From an uncultured Methylomirabilota bacterium (GTDB lineage: Bacteria; Methylomirabilota; Methylomirabilia; Methylomirabilales; 2-02-FULL-66-22), in contig OY970067.1 in the NCBI GenBank assembly GCA_963705305.1, forward strand, positions 2,784,001 through 2,848,000: a DNA stretch of 64,000 nucleotides. The letters are read 5' to 3'. The stretch's first letter is position 1. Every line of letters begins with the position of its first letter. This document shows, piece by piece, positions 10,195 through 19,447 of this stretch. The notes beneath the pieces are model-generated. The model was not told the DNA's origin. It was given only the letters and a program-made list of their open reading frames with translations, and did no database searches. Position numbers and translations under genes: made by a program.

Positions 10195-13100
10195 CTACTG
10201 CCGGAAGAGCTGGGGCTCAAGTCCATTGGCGCGTAGTTCTTGCACGAGCGGCTCTGCATCTTCAGGGGTCGCAAAAGCCCGGATCAATAGCGCTCGGCTC
10301 GAACCCTCTTTGCCATTGCGCCGCACGTCGGGAAAATACCCCAATCCGCGTGCGATCGACGAAGCGCGGGTGAGTGTCTTGGGGGCGTCGAGGCCGGGAA
10401 TCGAGACGGCGAAGGGGAGGGTCAGGACCTGCGCCTCGGTGATCTTGCCTTCGGCCAGCAGCTGCCGCTTCGTCGCTTCGGCGGCCGCGGCGGAATCCAG
10501 ACTCCCCGTGAGAACGCGATACCACGTTCCCTTGCCAGTGAGCGCGACGGGAACCGTGTAGGCGTCGAGCCCCTGCTTCCTGAGCGATCGGACGAGCGCC
10601 AAGGAGCGTGCCCGGCTGGCGTACGAGCCCACCTGCAAGGAAAAGGCGTGCGCTGGCGCCGGAGATGTCCGCGGCTGCGGAGAAGTCTCCGAGCGGCCGG
10701 GGGCATGGACCGCGGCCTCCTGAGTAAAGGTGGCTGGCGCCACGGACGCGGCTGGGGGAACCGGTGGAATTACGCTGGAGACACCGGGGGCCGGCTGGTG
10801 CCGGGGGGACGGTGCGGCGACCGGGGGTGAATGGACCTGGAGGCCCAGGCCCGGCGGGTGGAACACTGCCGGCGAGAGACCCAGGAACCACCAGGCCCCC
10901 GCGCCAGCGGCCAGGACGGCCAGCAGGCTCACGAGCAGGACAACCGCCAGGGGAAGGGAGGCTCCGAAAAAGCGCTTCACACGCTGCCAAAGGGTCCGGC
11001 CCTCCCTCCGTGGGTCCGCCCACTCCGCGGTCTTTTGCCGGCCGGCTCTACGCTCGGGCTCGTCCCCATAGACGTAGCGGTAGTAGCGCATCTCCTCGTA
11101 GTCGGGACTGATCTCCGCCTTCAGCCCCGTCAGGACCACGCCCAACACCTTTCCGCGGACATTTTCCAGCTGGATCTTGGCGCGCTTCAAGGCGGCCCGG
11201 GCGATCTTCCCGACCCGGTACACGAGGAGCGTGCCGTCCAGCCGCGAGGACAGGATGGCCGCATCCGTGACCGGCAGGACCGGCGGAGAATCGAAGATGA
11301 TGAAATCGAACTCCTGGCGAAAAGCCGTGATCAGCTCGAACAGGCGCTCGGAGTTCAGGAATTCCGTCGGGTTGGGCGGAAGGGTGCCGCTCGTCAGGAT
11401 GAAGAGCTTGTCAATATTGGGGGTGGCCATGACGCGTTCCACGCCCAGCGGGCCCAGCATCAGATCGGGGGCCGACCGCAGGCACTCGTGCCAGTCCTTG
11501 TTTCCCAGGATCACCTCGGTCAGCCCGGGATCCTTGGGGATGCCGAAGGCGTGGTGCAGGAACGGCTTTCGCAGGTCCGCCTCGACCAGCAGGGTCTTCT
11601 TCCCCATCTGGGCCATGGTGATGGCCAGGTTGATCGCCGTCGTCGTCTTCCCCTCCATCAGCGAGGCGCTGGTCAGGCACAGGGTCCGAACCCGCTTCTC
11701 CAGCGTGAGGAACTCGATGTTGGTTCGCAGGGATCGGTAGGCCTCGGCCACGGTGGAGCGCGGGCTCAGCAGCGAGACGAGGAAGGGCCGCATCTTGGCC
11801 AGGGCGCTGTCCTCCCCCTCGTCGCCGGGGGGTGCCAGCAGCGAGTCCTTGGTCACATCGATGTTCGGGATGAGCCCCAGCACGGGGGCCTCCAGGTAAC
11901 CCTCGACATCCTCGATGGTGGCGATGGAGGTATCCATGGACTCCAGCACGAACGCCAGAACCACGGCGACGACGATACCGATGAGCAGCCCCACGATCCC
12001 CTTGCTGGCAACCTCCGGAGCATTGGTGGGCCTGGTGGGAACGCTAGCCGGCCGCACCAGGCCGACATCGTTCACCAGTTCCCGCTCCTGGATCTGCACA
12101 TCCTGGAGCTTCGTCCGGAGCTGGGTGAGGAGGGTTTCGCTGAGGGTCTTCTCGCGCAGGAGCTCGTCGTTCTGCTGGATCAGGTCCGGCAGCGTCCGCT
12201 GCAGCTGGCGGAGACCCTGGATCTGGCCCTGCAGGGCTGCCATCCGGCTCAGGAGAGCCTGGCTCTTGGTGCGCAGCTCGCGGAGAAGATTATCCCGGGT
12301 GCCGGCGATCCGCTGGGCGAGCTCGCGCACCTGCGGATGCTGCGGGGTGAGGGTGATCAGCAGATTCTCCCGCTCCAGCGTGAGATCGAGGAGGGTGGTG
12401 TTCAGCTTGGCGATGGTCGGATCGCTGGCATCTGTAAAGATGCGTGGGGACGCCTTTCCCTCCACGACCTGAGGGTCCTGGAGCGCCCGGAGCTGGGCCG
12501 CCGTCTCCTCGCGAGCCCGCTGCGTCTTCTCGAGATCGGTCTCCAGCGCGGTCAGGCGGCTCAGCGATGCGTTGGACTCCTCCGTCAACGAGACGAATCC
12601 GTGCCGCTCTCGGAGCGACCGGATCTGGTCCTCGGTCTGCCGCAGCTGGTCGCCGACCTCGGCCATCTTGGCTTCGATGAAGCGGCGTGCCTCGGTGACC
12701 TGGCGTCCTTGGGCGATGCCGTTCTCCTCCTGGTAGGCACGAGCCACCGCGTTGGCGATCCGCGCGGCCTGGTCCGGGTCGCGGGAGGTGACGACGATGT
12801 CAATGAGGTTCGTATTCTCCTCGGGCGTCGTCGCGGTCTGCAGCCGCAGATCGGACAGAAGCTCGACATATCGCGGGTTTCGCCGAATGGTCTCCGAGTC
12901 CAGACCCGCGGGGATCGTCCCCAGGCTCTTGGCGGCCAGCTCCAGCACCGGAAAGCTGCGGACCGTCGCGGCTTGTACCGCCATGGCGTCACCGGACTGA
13001 AAGGTAAACGCATCCACGAGGAGGCCGGTGAGCGTGGTGGTCCGGTCATACTTCACGACCGCCATGGCCTGATACGTGGGAGTGGGCCGCTGCACCTCGG

Positions 13101-13206
13101 CGAAGGCGAGGGCGAAGACGCCGAACGCCACGGTCACGCAGGCGGCGAGCCATCGCCGCTTGCGCAGGATTCGCCAATAATCGCGGAGGTTGAGATCATA
13201 TTCCAT
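10195..13206 (-). CDS. Wzc paralogue with extra C-terminal TM, Pro-rich linker and SPOR domain
   Basis: First ~740 aa closely parallel 6589-8820, then a hydrophobic helix, P/A-rich linker and FSLQVGSY...WYRVLTG SPOR signature. Confidence 0.88.
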   Translation of the reverse strand: MEYDLNLRDYWRILRKRRWLAACVTVAFGVFALAFAEVQRPTPTYQAMAVVKYDRTTTLTGLLVDAFTFQSGDAMAVQAATVRSFPVLELAAKSLGTIPAGLDSETIRRNPRYVELLSDLRLQTATTPEENTNLIDIVVTSRDPDQAARIANAVARAYQEENGIAQGRQVTEARRFIEAKMAEVGDQLRQTEDQIRSLRERHGFVSLTEESNASLSRLTALETDLEKTQRAREETAAQLRALQDPQVVEGKASPRIFTDASDPTIAKLNTTLLDLTLERENLLITLTPQHPQVRELAQRIAGTRDNLLRELRTKSQALLSRMAALQGQIQGLRQLQRTLPDLIQQNDELLREKTLSETLLTQLRTKLQDVQIQERELVNDVGLVRPASVPTRPTNAPEVASKGIVGLLIGIVVAVVLAFVLESMDTSIATIEDVEGYLEAPVLGLIPNIDVTKDSLLAPPGDEGEDSALAKMRPFLVSLLSPRSTVAEAYRSLRTNIEFLTLEKRVRTLCLTSASLMEGKTTTAINLAITMAQMGKKTLLVEADLRKPFLHHAFGIPKDPGLTEVILGNKDWHECLRSAPDLMLGPLGVERVMATPNIDKLFILTSGTLPPNPTEFLNSERLFELITAFRQEFDFIIFDSPPVLPVTDAAILSSRLDGTLLVYRVGKIARAALKRAKIQLENVRGKVLGVVLTGLKAEISPDYEEMRYYRYVYGDEPERRAGRQKTAEWADPRREGRTLWQRVKRFFGASLPLAVVLLVSLLAVLAAGAGAWWFLGLSPAVFHPPGLGLQVHSPPVAAPSPRHQPAPGVSSVIPPVPPAASVAPATFTQEAAVHAPGRSETSPQPRTSPAPAHAFSLQVGSYASRARSLALVRSLRKQGLDAYTVPVALTGKGTWYRVLTGSLDSAAAAEATKRQLLAEGKITEAQVLTLPFAVSIPGLDAPKTLTRASSIARGLGYFPDVRRNGKEGSSRALLIRAFATPEDAEPLVQELRANGLEPQLFRQ

Positions 13207-13646
13207 CAGGCTGCTCCCGGAAAGGTGTGGCCTCTCGGTGCGCCGGGCGACAGCGGCGGGTTCCGGCGGCCGGCGGAGGATCTTCCCGGCCGACCTGTGC
13301 TGTTCGAAGTGTCTTCGGGCGCCTGTCGCCGCACCTCACCGGAAAGAATGGAAAACCAGCCCAAAAAAAGAGGCGGCAGGGGTAAGGCCATCCGAGCCGC
13401 TGCCGCTGGCGGCACGAAAACAGTTCTGGCCGTGAGATGGACGGGTCGCGAAGGCGGACGGACCAGGAGACGGGTAATGGACCGAACCCCCGCCCCGGCG
13501 CTCGTTTGGAGGCACGGACGGTGAAGGGAAGAATTGAGAGGAAGCGCTTCCCGCAGCCGCTCTGGGAGAACCCCTGGGGAGCGGAGGTCGATGCTCGCCT
13601 GGCTCCCCCCTCCGCGGGATCGAGGGGCCGGATGCCGCTCGTTCAC
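13206..13646 (-). CDS. Possible leader ORF (hypothetical)
   Basis: GGAGG RBS before GTG at 13646; stop overlaps the wzc ATG (TGATG); protein looks low-complexity. Confidence 0.3.
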   Translation of the reverse strand: MNERHPAPRSRGGGSQASIDLRSPGVLPERLREALPLNSSLHRPCLQTSAGAGVRSITRLLVRPPSRPVHLTARTVFVPPAAAARMALPLPPLFLGWFSILSGEVRRQAPEDTSNSTGRPGRSSAGRRNPPLSPGAPRGHTFPGAA

Positions 13647-13683
13647 CGACGTGTTTCCTCCAGTCGCGCGCTAAGTGGGCATA

Positions 13684-13712
13684 ACTATGGTGTACATCTA
13701 TGGAAAGGTCAA
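13684..13712 (-). promoter_or_regulatory. Putative sigma70 promoter (TTGACC-N17-CATAGT)
   Basis: Good -35/-10 with a 17-nt spacer in an AT-rich patch upstream of the wzc-SPOR gene. Confidence 0.5.
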
Positions 13713-13956
13713 GTAGAGAATTAGCGTTCCTCCCCAATTTCTCATGTGTGGCCCGCGATGCGGTTTTTGCCCCCCCTCGATCTTCCTTTTTCCTGAGATC
13801 CTCCCCGATTGCGGGGTGAAAAGCGGGAGGGCCAAGGCGACCCGGCCGAAGGCTATGGATTCTCGTAAGATCGTCCATCGGCGAGGCCGCACGGGGAGAA
13901 GAGGTGGAGCCCGGTAGAAGGGGAAGAGGCGGCGCGTTCGTTCTCGGACGGTCGGG

Positions 13957-14934
13957 CTAGGGTTTCTCGAAAAACGCGTCGGTAATATACACGAGGGTAT
14001 TCGTGGACAGGTCGAGGCGGCGCGGACTCGGCAGTGGCTCGTTCTTCGGGCCGAAGATGACTTCCACCAAGGGGCGCAGGGGAAAAGCAAGGTTCGTGCC
14101 CACCACCCGGGCCACCTCGTTCGAGCTGATCCGCACCAGGCTCCCCACCGGAAAGGCCGAGACGCCGCGGATAAATCCCTTGAGGACCCGGTCCGAGAAC
14201 CGGTGGCGCTCCGCTCCGAGCAGCTCTTTGATCACGTCAAAGACCCCCCGCACTTTCTTGAGCCGGCGGGAGTGGGTGAGGGCCTCGTATACGTCGGCCA
14301 AGCCGATGATCTTGGCGTACTCGTGAATCTCATCCCCCTTCAGGCCCTTGGGATACCCGCTGCCATCCTCGCGCTCTTGCTCTTGGAGGGCGACGTTCGC
14401 CAGCCACTCGAATTCCGGGCCCAGTCCCTGGAGGATCTTGAATCCCTGTTCCGGGTGGTGGCGCAGCTGGGCGATCTCCTCCGCCGTCAGCGGCTCGACC
14501 TTCTCCAGCAGCCGCGCCGGGATCGTGACCATGCCGAGGTCGTGCAGACAGGCGGCGAGCGCCAGCCAGGGCAGCTCCTCCTCGCGCAGGCCGAGCCCTT
14601 GCCCGATCTTGATGGCAAAGACGGCCACGTTCACCGCATGCCGTGGCAGATCCCGGTCGGTGTTCTCGCCCGCCAAGGCCTGGACAAACAGTTCGTCGCC
14701 GGTGGCCAAGGCTTTGAGCATCTCTGCCAGCACACGCTGGAGGGCGTCCACCCGAAATGGCTCCCCCCGTCCGGCCGCCTGGAAGATCCGGGAGACCTCC
14801 TGCTCGGCCGCGGGGTAATACAGGGCCTCGGACCTCTCGGAGTCCTGGGGGGGGCCGGCCGGGGGATCCGCCGAGGGATGAAAAAGCGCTCCGGAGGACG
14901 AGGTCGGCGAAGGAACGGAGGAGGGGGTCTCCAC
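13957..14934 (-). CDS. HD-GYP domain protein (degenerate HHE motif)
   Basis: LHDLG, HHP, EREDGSGYP and ADVYEALT motifs; canonical HHE is replaced by EQE. Confidence 0.88.
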   Translation of the reverse strand: METPSSVPSPTSSSGALFHPSADPPAGPPQDSERSEALYYPAAEQEVSRIFQAAGRGEPFRVDALQRVLAEMLKALATGDELFVQALAGENTDRDLPRHAVNVAVFAIKIGQGLGLREEELPWLALAACLHDLGMVTIPARLLEKVEPLTAEEIAQLRHHPEQGFKILQGLGPEFEWLANVALQEQEREDGSGYPKGLKGDEIHEYAKIIGLADVYEALTHSRRLKKVRGVFDVIKELLGAERHRFSDRVLKGFIRGVSAFPVGSLVRISSNEVARVVGTNLAFPLRPLVEVIFGPKNEPLPSPRRLDLSTNTLVYITDAFFEKP

Positions 14935-15065
14935 CCGCTCCTCTTTCTTCCTGTCGGAGCCGCCCCCCGATTTTCGGACCAGATCGCTCTGACGGACGAT
15001 GGCGGGACCTCCTTATGTGGCTCGAACCTTCGGCGCCGCTTGGGTCGGCCGGCCGCATGAGTCGC

Positions 15066-15863
15066 TCAGGTCATGCTTCCAATGACCCGCTTCACGATGG
15101 CGGCATCGATGCTCTGGGCGCCCTGAGTATATCCGTCCAGCAAACAGAGATCGCACAGGGTGTTGATGCTGCGAGGCACCCCTCGACTCTGCTGCCAGAG
15201 CAGCTGAAGCGCGGAGTCCGCGAACAGGGATCGCGTGCATCCCGCCTTCCGGAGGCGGAAAGCGATGAAGTGGAGCATCTCGGCTTGGTCCAGCGGCTTG
15301 AGCTCGTGCCGGATGGCAATCCGCTGGTTGAATTGCCGGATCCGCCCGATTATGTCCTTGATCTCGGGCTGGGCCATGAGGATCATCGTCAACAAAAATC
15401 GGTCGTTCAGCTGGAAGTTCAGCAGCATTCGGAGCTCTTCGAAGACGTCCGGGTCCCGGATGCTGTGGGCTTCGTCCACGATGAGGACCGATTCCTTTCC
15501 CTCTTGCGCGTTCTGGAGCAATCGCTCGTTGAGCGCCCGCAGCATCGCCCCCTTCTCTCCAGAGGTGAGGGTGATGCCGAATTGGAGAACGATCTCCTCC
15601 AAGAAGTCGCGGCTCGGCAGGGACGGGTTGGTCACCAGCCCCACGTCGTACCGGTCCTCCTCCAGCTCAAGAATCAGCGCCCGACTCAGCGTCGTCTTGC
15701 CGCAGCCCACATCGCCGACAAGCAGCGCCGCCCCCTTGTTGTGCTTCACCGCGTAGAGCAGGCGGGCGATGCCCTCCCGATGCTGGTCGGAGAGGTACAG
15801 GAATTTCGGGTCAGGGACGTTCTGGAATGGGGCTGCGGTCAGGCCCCAGTATTCTTCGTACAT
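15066..15863 (-). CDS. ExeA/GspA-like AAA ATPase (stand-alone)
   Basis: MYEEYWGLTAAPFQNVPDP start, Walker A GDVGCGKT, Walker B IVDEAH, GVPRSINTLCD. Confidence 0.9.
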   Translation of the reverse strand: MYEEYWGLTAAPFQNVPDPKFLYLSDQHREGIARLLYAVKHNKGAALLVGDVGCGKTTLSRALILELEEDRYDVGLVTNPSLPSRDFLEEIVLQFGITLTSGEKGAMLRALNERLLQNAQEGKESVLIVDEAHSIRDPDVFEELRMLLNFQLNDRFLLTMILMAQPEIKDIIGRIRQFNQRIAIRHELKPLDQAEMLHFIAFRLRKAGCTRSLFADSALQLLWQQSRGVPRSINTLCDLCLLDGYTQGAQSIDAAIVKRVIGSMT

Positions 15864-16423
15864 CCGGTGGTCCTCGAACAGGGGAGGCCCTTCCGCCCTC
15901 GGCTCGTCATGCGCTCTGTCCGGGTGGCACAGCCCAGCGGACCATCTGCCCTCTCGAGTTGCGCCCCTGGCTCGCTTCCAGTCGGCGCGTCTGGCGTCTC
16001 TCTGCCTCCTGGGCTGCCCTGGCAGACGCCCGCTCCGACATGAATCTTCGGAAGAGCCAGAATTCCCGCGTTGACTCCAAATCTGGGGAAACTTACCACA
16101 AGTTGTACAGGAATCAAGCAAATTTCTTTACTTGCGAGCCTCCGACGATGCGCGCCACCATTTCGGTGGGCCGGGGCCGCACCGGAGTGTGGAGCCTCGC
16201 CGGACCGCGTCGGCTCGGGCCCAGACAGGGCGGCGGACAGGTCGGCCTCCGGTGGGGAGGAGACGTCTTCCGGACGGCTCGCCCATGCCGCTGCCGGCCT
16301 GCGCCGGAAAAAAATCGAACCGTGGACCATTTTTTTCTTGCAATCGTCGCAAAATACACTATAAGCAACTCAAAAATTTCCTCGGGCGCTGCGTGTGCGC
16401 CGAGAGCGAAAGGGGGTAGTTCA

Positions 16424-16870
16424 TTGCACGCCTTGGGCCGACACCTGCTGGTCGAGCTCCATGGTTGTCACCCAGAGTCGCTGAAGAAAGTGGACGTCGT
16501 CAAGGACATCCTGGTCGGTGCTGCACGCGCCTGCGGGGCCACGATCGTCGATGTCGCGTTTCACGAGTTCAACCCCTTCGGGGTGAGTGGCGTCGTGGTC
16601 ATCGCAGAGTCCCACCTCTCCATTCACACCTGGCCGGAGTATCGGTACGCCGCAGTGGACATCTTCACCTGCGGCGAGGTCATCAAGCCCGATCTCGCCG
16701 TAGACTACGTGGCATCCCGTTTCCGCTGCAAGAACCCCTCTGTCGTTGAAGTGAAGCGGGGTCTGATTCCCGGGATCGCGGGAAAGCTGGCCCACAAGAT
16801 TTCGACTGCCGAGGATAAAGACGGCCAGGGGTTGGCCAATGCCGCCCAAGAACTATCGCTGGTTCATTGA
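16424..16870 (+). CDS. speD: S-adenosylmethionine decarboxylase proenzyme (TTG start)
   Basis: GRHLLVELHGC, and ESHLSIHTWPE pyruvoyl cleavage motif. Confidence 0.92.
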   Translation: MHALGRHLLVELHGCHPESLKKVDVVKDILVGAARACGATIVDVAFHEFNPFGVSGVVVIAESHLSIHTWPEYRYAAVDIFTCGEVIKPDLAVDYVASRFRCKNPSVVEVKRGLIPGIAGKLAHKISTAEDKDGQGLANAAQELSLVH

Positions 16871-17756
16871 GTACTTCGGACCGGAGGAGGGGCATCTGCA
16901 CGACATCCGCCAGGTGCTCTTCTCCCGCCAGACGCCCTTCCAGTCCATGGACATTCTGGAGCTGGGGAGTTACGGCAAGGCCCTCGTGCTGGATGGGCGG
17001 ATCCAGTCCGCCATCCGAGATGAGTTCATCTACCACGAAACGCTGGTCCATCCGGCGATGCTCTGCCATCCCGAGCCGCGGCGCGTATTCGTCGTGGGCG
17101 GAGGGGAGGGGGCCACGCTGCGTGAAGTCCTCCGCCACCGGAGCGTCGAGCGCGCCCTCATGGTGGACATCGACGAGGAGGTCGTGGCGCGCTGCCGCGA
17201 GCTCTTGCCCGAATGGCACCAGGGGGCCTTCGAGGACCCCCGCACCGATCTCCGGTACCTGGATGCCCGCAAGTACCTCGAGGAGACGTTGGAGACCTTC
17301 GACGTGATCCTCATCGACATCTCGGAGCCGATCGAAGAGGGACCGGCTTACCTGCTCTTCACGAAGGAGTTCTACGAGACCGTCTGGGAGCGGCTGACCC
17401 CCGCCGGGGTGGTCGCCTTGCAGGCGGGCACGGTCAGCCTGAACGACCTCACCTGCTATGCGGCCATCCAGAGCACCCTGTCGCAGGTGTTTCCGGTGGT
17501 GGCCCCCTATTGGGCCGCTATCCCCTCCTTTGCCCTACCCTGGGGATTCGTTGTGGCCTCGAAGCGGCAAGATCCCCGTCGCCTGGAACCTGACGAGGTG
17601 GAGAAGCTGATCCTGGACCGCATCAGCGGCGAGCTCCAGTATTACGACGGCATCACGCACCACGCCAGCTTTCTCCTGCCCAAGCACATCCGGAGGCGGA
17701 TCGCCCAGGAAACGCGGATCATCGAGGACAATCACCCCCTGTTCGCCTGGACTTGA
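16839..17756 (+). CDS. speE: Polyamine aminopropyltransferase (spermidine synthase)
   Basis: LDGRIQ, YHETLVHP, GGGEG and VDIDEEV motifs. Confidence 0.93.
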   Translation: MPPKNYRWFIEYFGPEEGHLHDIRQVLFSRQTPFQSMDILELGSYGKALVLDGRIQSAIRDEFIYHETLVHPAMLCHPEPRRVFVVGGGEGATLREVLRHRSVERALMVDIDEEVVARCRELLPEWHQGAFEDPRTDLRYLDARKYLEETLETFDVILIDISEPIEEGPAYLLFTKEFYETVWERLTPAGVVALQAGTVSLNDLTCYAAIQSTLSQVFPVVAPYWAAIPSFALPWGFVVASKRQDPRRLEPDEVEKLILDRISGELQYYDGITHHASFLLPKHIRRRIAQETRIIEDNHPLFAWT

Positions 17757-19369
17757 TGCCCCCCGGCGGCCTGCCGCCAGCCGGGGGCGGATCGCGAGCG
17801 ACTGCCACGCATCAGCAAGCCGGTCGTTTGGCCAGACAGTCTCGTCTCGACGTTCGCCCGGCCGCGGCGCCCGAGCGACAGTACCGGACCCCCCTCTTCG
17901 ACGCGCTGGTCAGCCTGGCAGAGGCCAAAAAGGTCTCGTTCCACACTCCGGGCCACAAGAGCGGCAAGGGGATCTCCACCCGCTTCCGGAAGTTCGTGGG
18001 GAGCAAGATCTTTTCCATCGACCTCACAACCCTGGACGAAGTCGACTGCCTCCAGAAGCCCGTCGGCGTCATCAAGGAGGCTCAGGAGCTGGCGGCGGAG
18101 GCCCACGGGGCCGACCACTCCTTTTTCCTGGTCAACGGCACGACGGTGGGCAACCACGCCATGGTCCTCTCATCGGTTTGTCCGGGGGCGGAGGTCCTGG
18201 TGGCCCGGAACGCCCATCGGTCGGTGCTGGCCGGGATCATCCTGAGCGGGGCTGCGCCGCGCTTCTTCCTGCCTGATTTCAACCCCGATTTCAGCATCGC
18301 CGCCAACGTCAGCACCCAGCGGACGGTGGAGGCCATGCGGGCGTATCCGCAGGCGCAGGTCGTGGCCCTGACCAGCCCGAACTATTACGGGATTGCCGCC
18401 AACGTGTCGGCGATTATCGCCGCCGGCCGGGACCTGGGAAAGATTCTGCTGGTGGACGAGGCCCACGGCCCCCACCTGCACTTCCATCCGGATTTGCCCT
18501 CCTCCGCCGTGGATGCGGGGGCAGACATCACGGTTCAGAGCACGCACAAGATCGTGGGGGGCATGACCCAGGCGTCCATGTTGCACCTCAAGGGGCCGCG
18601 CGTTGACCCGGCCCGCGTGGCCGGCGTGCTGCAGATGCTGCAAAGCACCAGCCCCTCCTACATTCTCATGGCCTCGCTGGATCTGGCCCGGATGCAGATG
18701 GCCACGGAGGGGCGCAAGCTGCTGGGCAAGGCGATCGAGCTGGCGGAGGAGGCACGGGCCCGCATCAACCACCTGCCGGGGCTCCGCTGTCTCACGTCGG
18801 ATCAGGTCGAGAGCTGGGGAGATGTGACGCTGGACGTCACCAAGCTCACCATCTCCGTGAAGGAGCTGGGCATCTCGGGCTACACCGCCTCGGCCATCCT
18901 CAATACCGATTTCGGCATCCAGGTGGAAATGGCCGACCTCTTCAACCTGCTGGTCATCGTCAGCATCGGGGACCGGCGTGACGACCTGGACCGGCTGGTG
19001 CGCGGGCTGGAGGGGCTCGCCCAGCGGGCCCGGGGCTCTCCGGCCGGCGGGCTCCGGGAGATTCCCGCGTTCCCCCCGCTGCGCGATGGGAGCCAGGCGT
19101 GCGCTCCGCGGGAGGCGTACTTCGCGCCGCACGCGTACGTCCCTTTGTCCCGCGCCGTGGGGCGGGTGAGCTGCGACATCATCACGATCTACCCGCCCGG
19201 GATTCCGCTGCTCGTCCCGGGCGAGACCATCTCGCAGGAGGCGGTGGAGTACCTGACCTACCTCGGCAGGCACGGCGCCCGCATTGACGGCGTCTTCGAT
19301 TCGCCTTGCGAACGCGCCGCAGAGTCGGGCGGCGCCGCGGATTCGCGGGTGCGCGTGGTGGCCGCCTGA
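17753..19369 (+). CDS. PLP-dependent Orn/Lys/Arg decarboxylase (class I; start uncertain)
   Basis: FHTPGHK, FLVNGTT, DEAHG, QSTHK (PLP lysine), STSPSY and YPPGIP motifs. Confidence 0.9.
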   Translation: MMPPGGLPPAGGGSRATATHQQAGRLARQSRLDVRPAAAPERQYRTPLFDALVSLAEAKKVSFHTPGHKSGKGISTRFRKFVGSKIFSIDLTTLDEVDCLQKPVGVIKEAQELAAEAHGADHSFFLVNGTTVGNHAMVLSSVCPGAEVLVARNAHRSVLAGIILSGAAPRFFLPDFNPDFSIAANVSTQRTVEAMRAYPQAQVVALTSPNYYGIAANVSAIIAAGRDLGKILLVDEAHGPHLHFHPDLPSSAVDAGADITVQSTHKIVGGMTQASMLHLKGPRVDPARVAGVLQMLQSTSPSYILMASLDLARMQMATEGRKLLGKAIELAEEARARINHLPGLRCLTSDQVESWGDVTLDVTKLTISVKELGISGYTASAILNTDFGIQVEMADLFNLLVIVSIGDRRDDLDRLVRGLEGLAQRARGSPAGGLREIPAFPPLRDGSQACAPREAYFAPHAYVPLSRAVGRVSCDIITIYPPGIPLLVPGETISQEAVEYLTYLGRHGARIDGVFDSPCERAAESGGAADSRVRVVAA

Positions 19370-19409
19370 CCTGTGGCCAGAATGTCCTCTCCGGCGTCCC
19401 TTTTTGGAA

Positions 19410-19424
19410 TTGGATTGCAATTTC
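19410..19424 (+). repeat. att core, left copy (TTGGATTGCAATTTC)
   Basis: Identical to 30695-30709; lies just beyond the integrase stop. Confidence 0.85.
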
Positions 19425-19447
19425 TAGGGTGGGAGACCGAGCGTGTT

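Noticed and set aside
10831..13524. 897-aa plus-strand ORF, and similar long antisense ORFs (e.g. 47121-48992, 51319-53175, 39833-41722)
   Set aside because: Shadow frames of high-GC genes; the opposite strand has clear family motifs
16330..16366. speD promoter TTGCAA...TATAAG
   Set aside because: Plausible, but spacing and -10 match are ambiguous
19370..19447. tRNA or tmRNA as integration target
   Set aside because: No cloverleaf, T-arm or CCA at either end of the element
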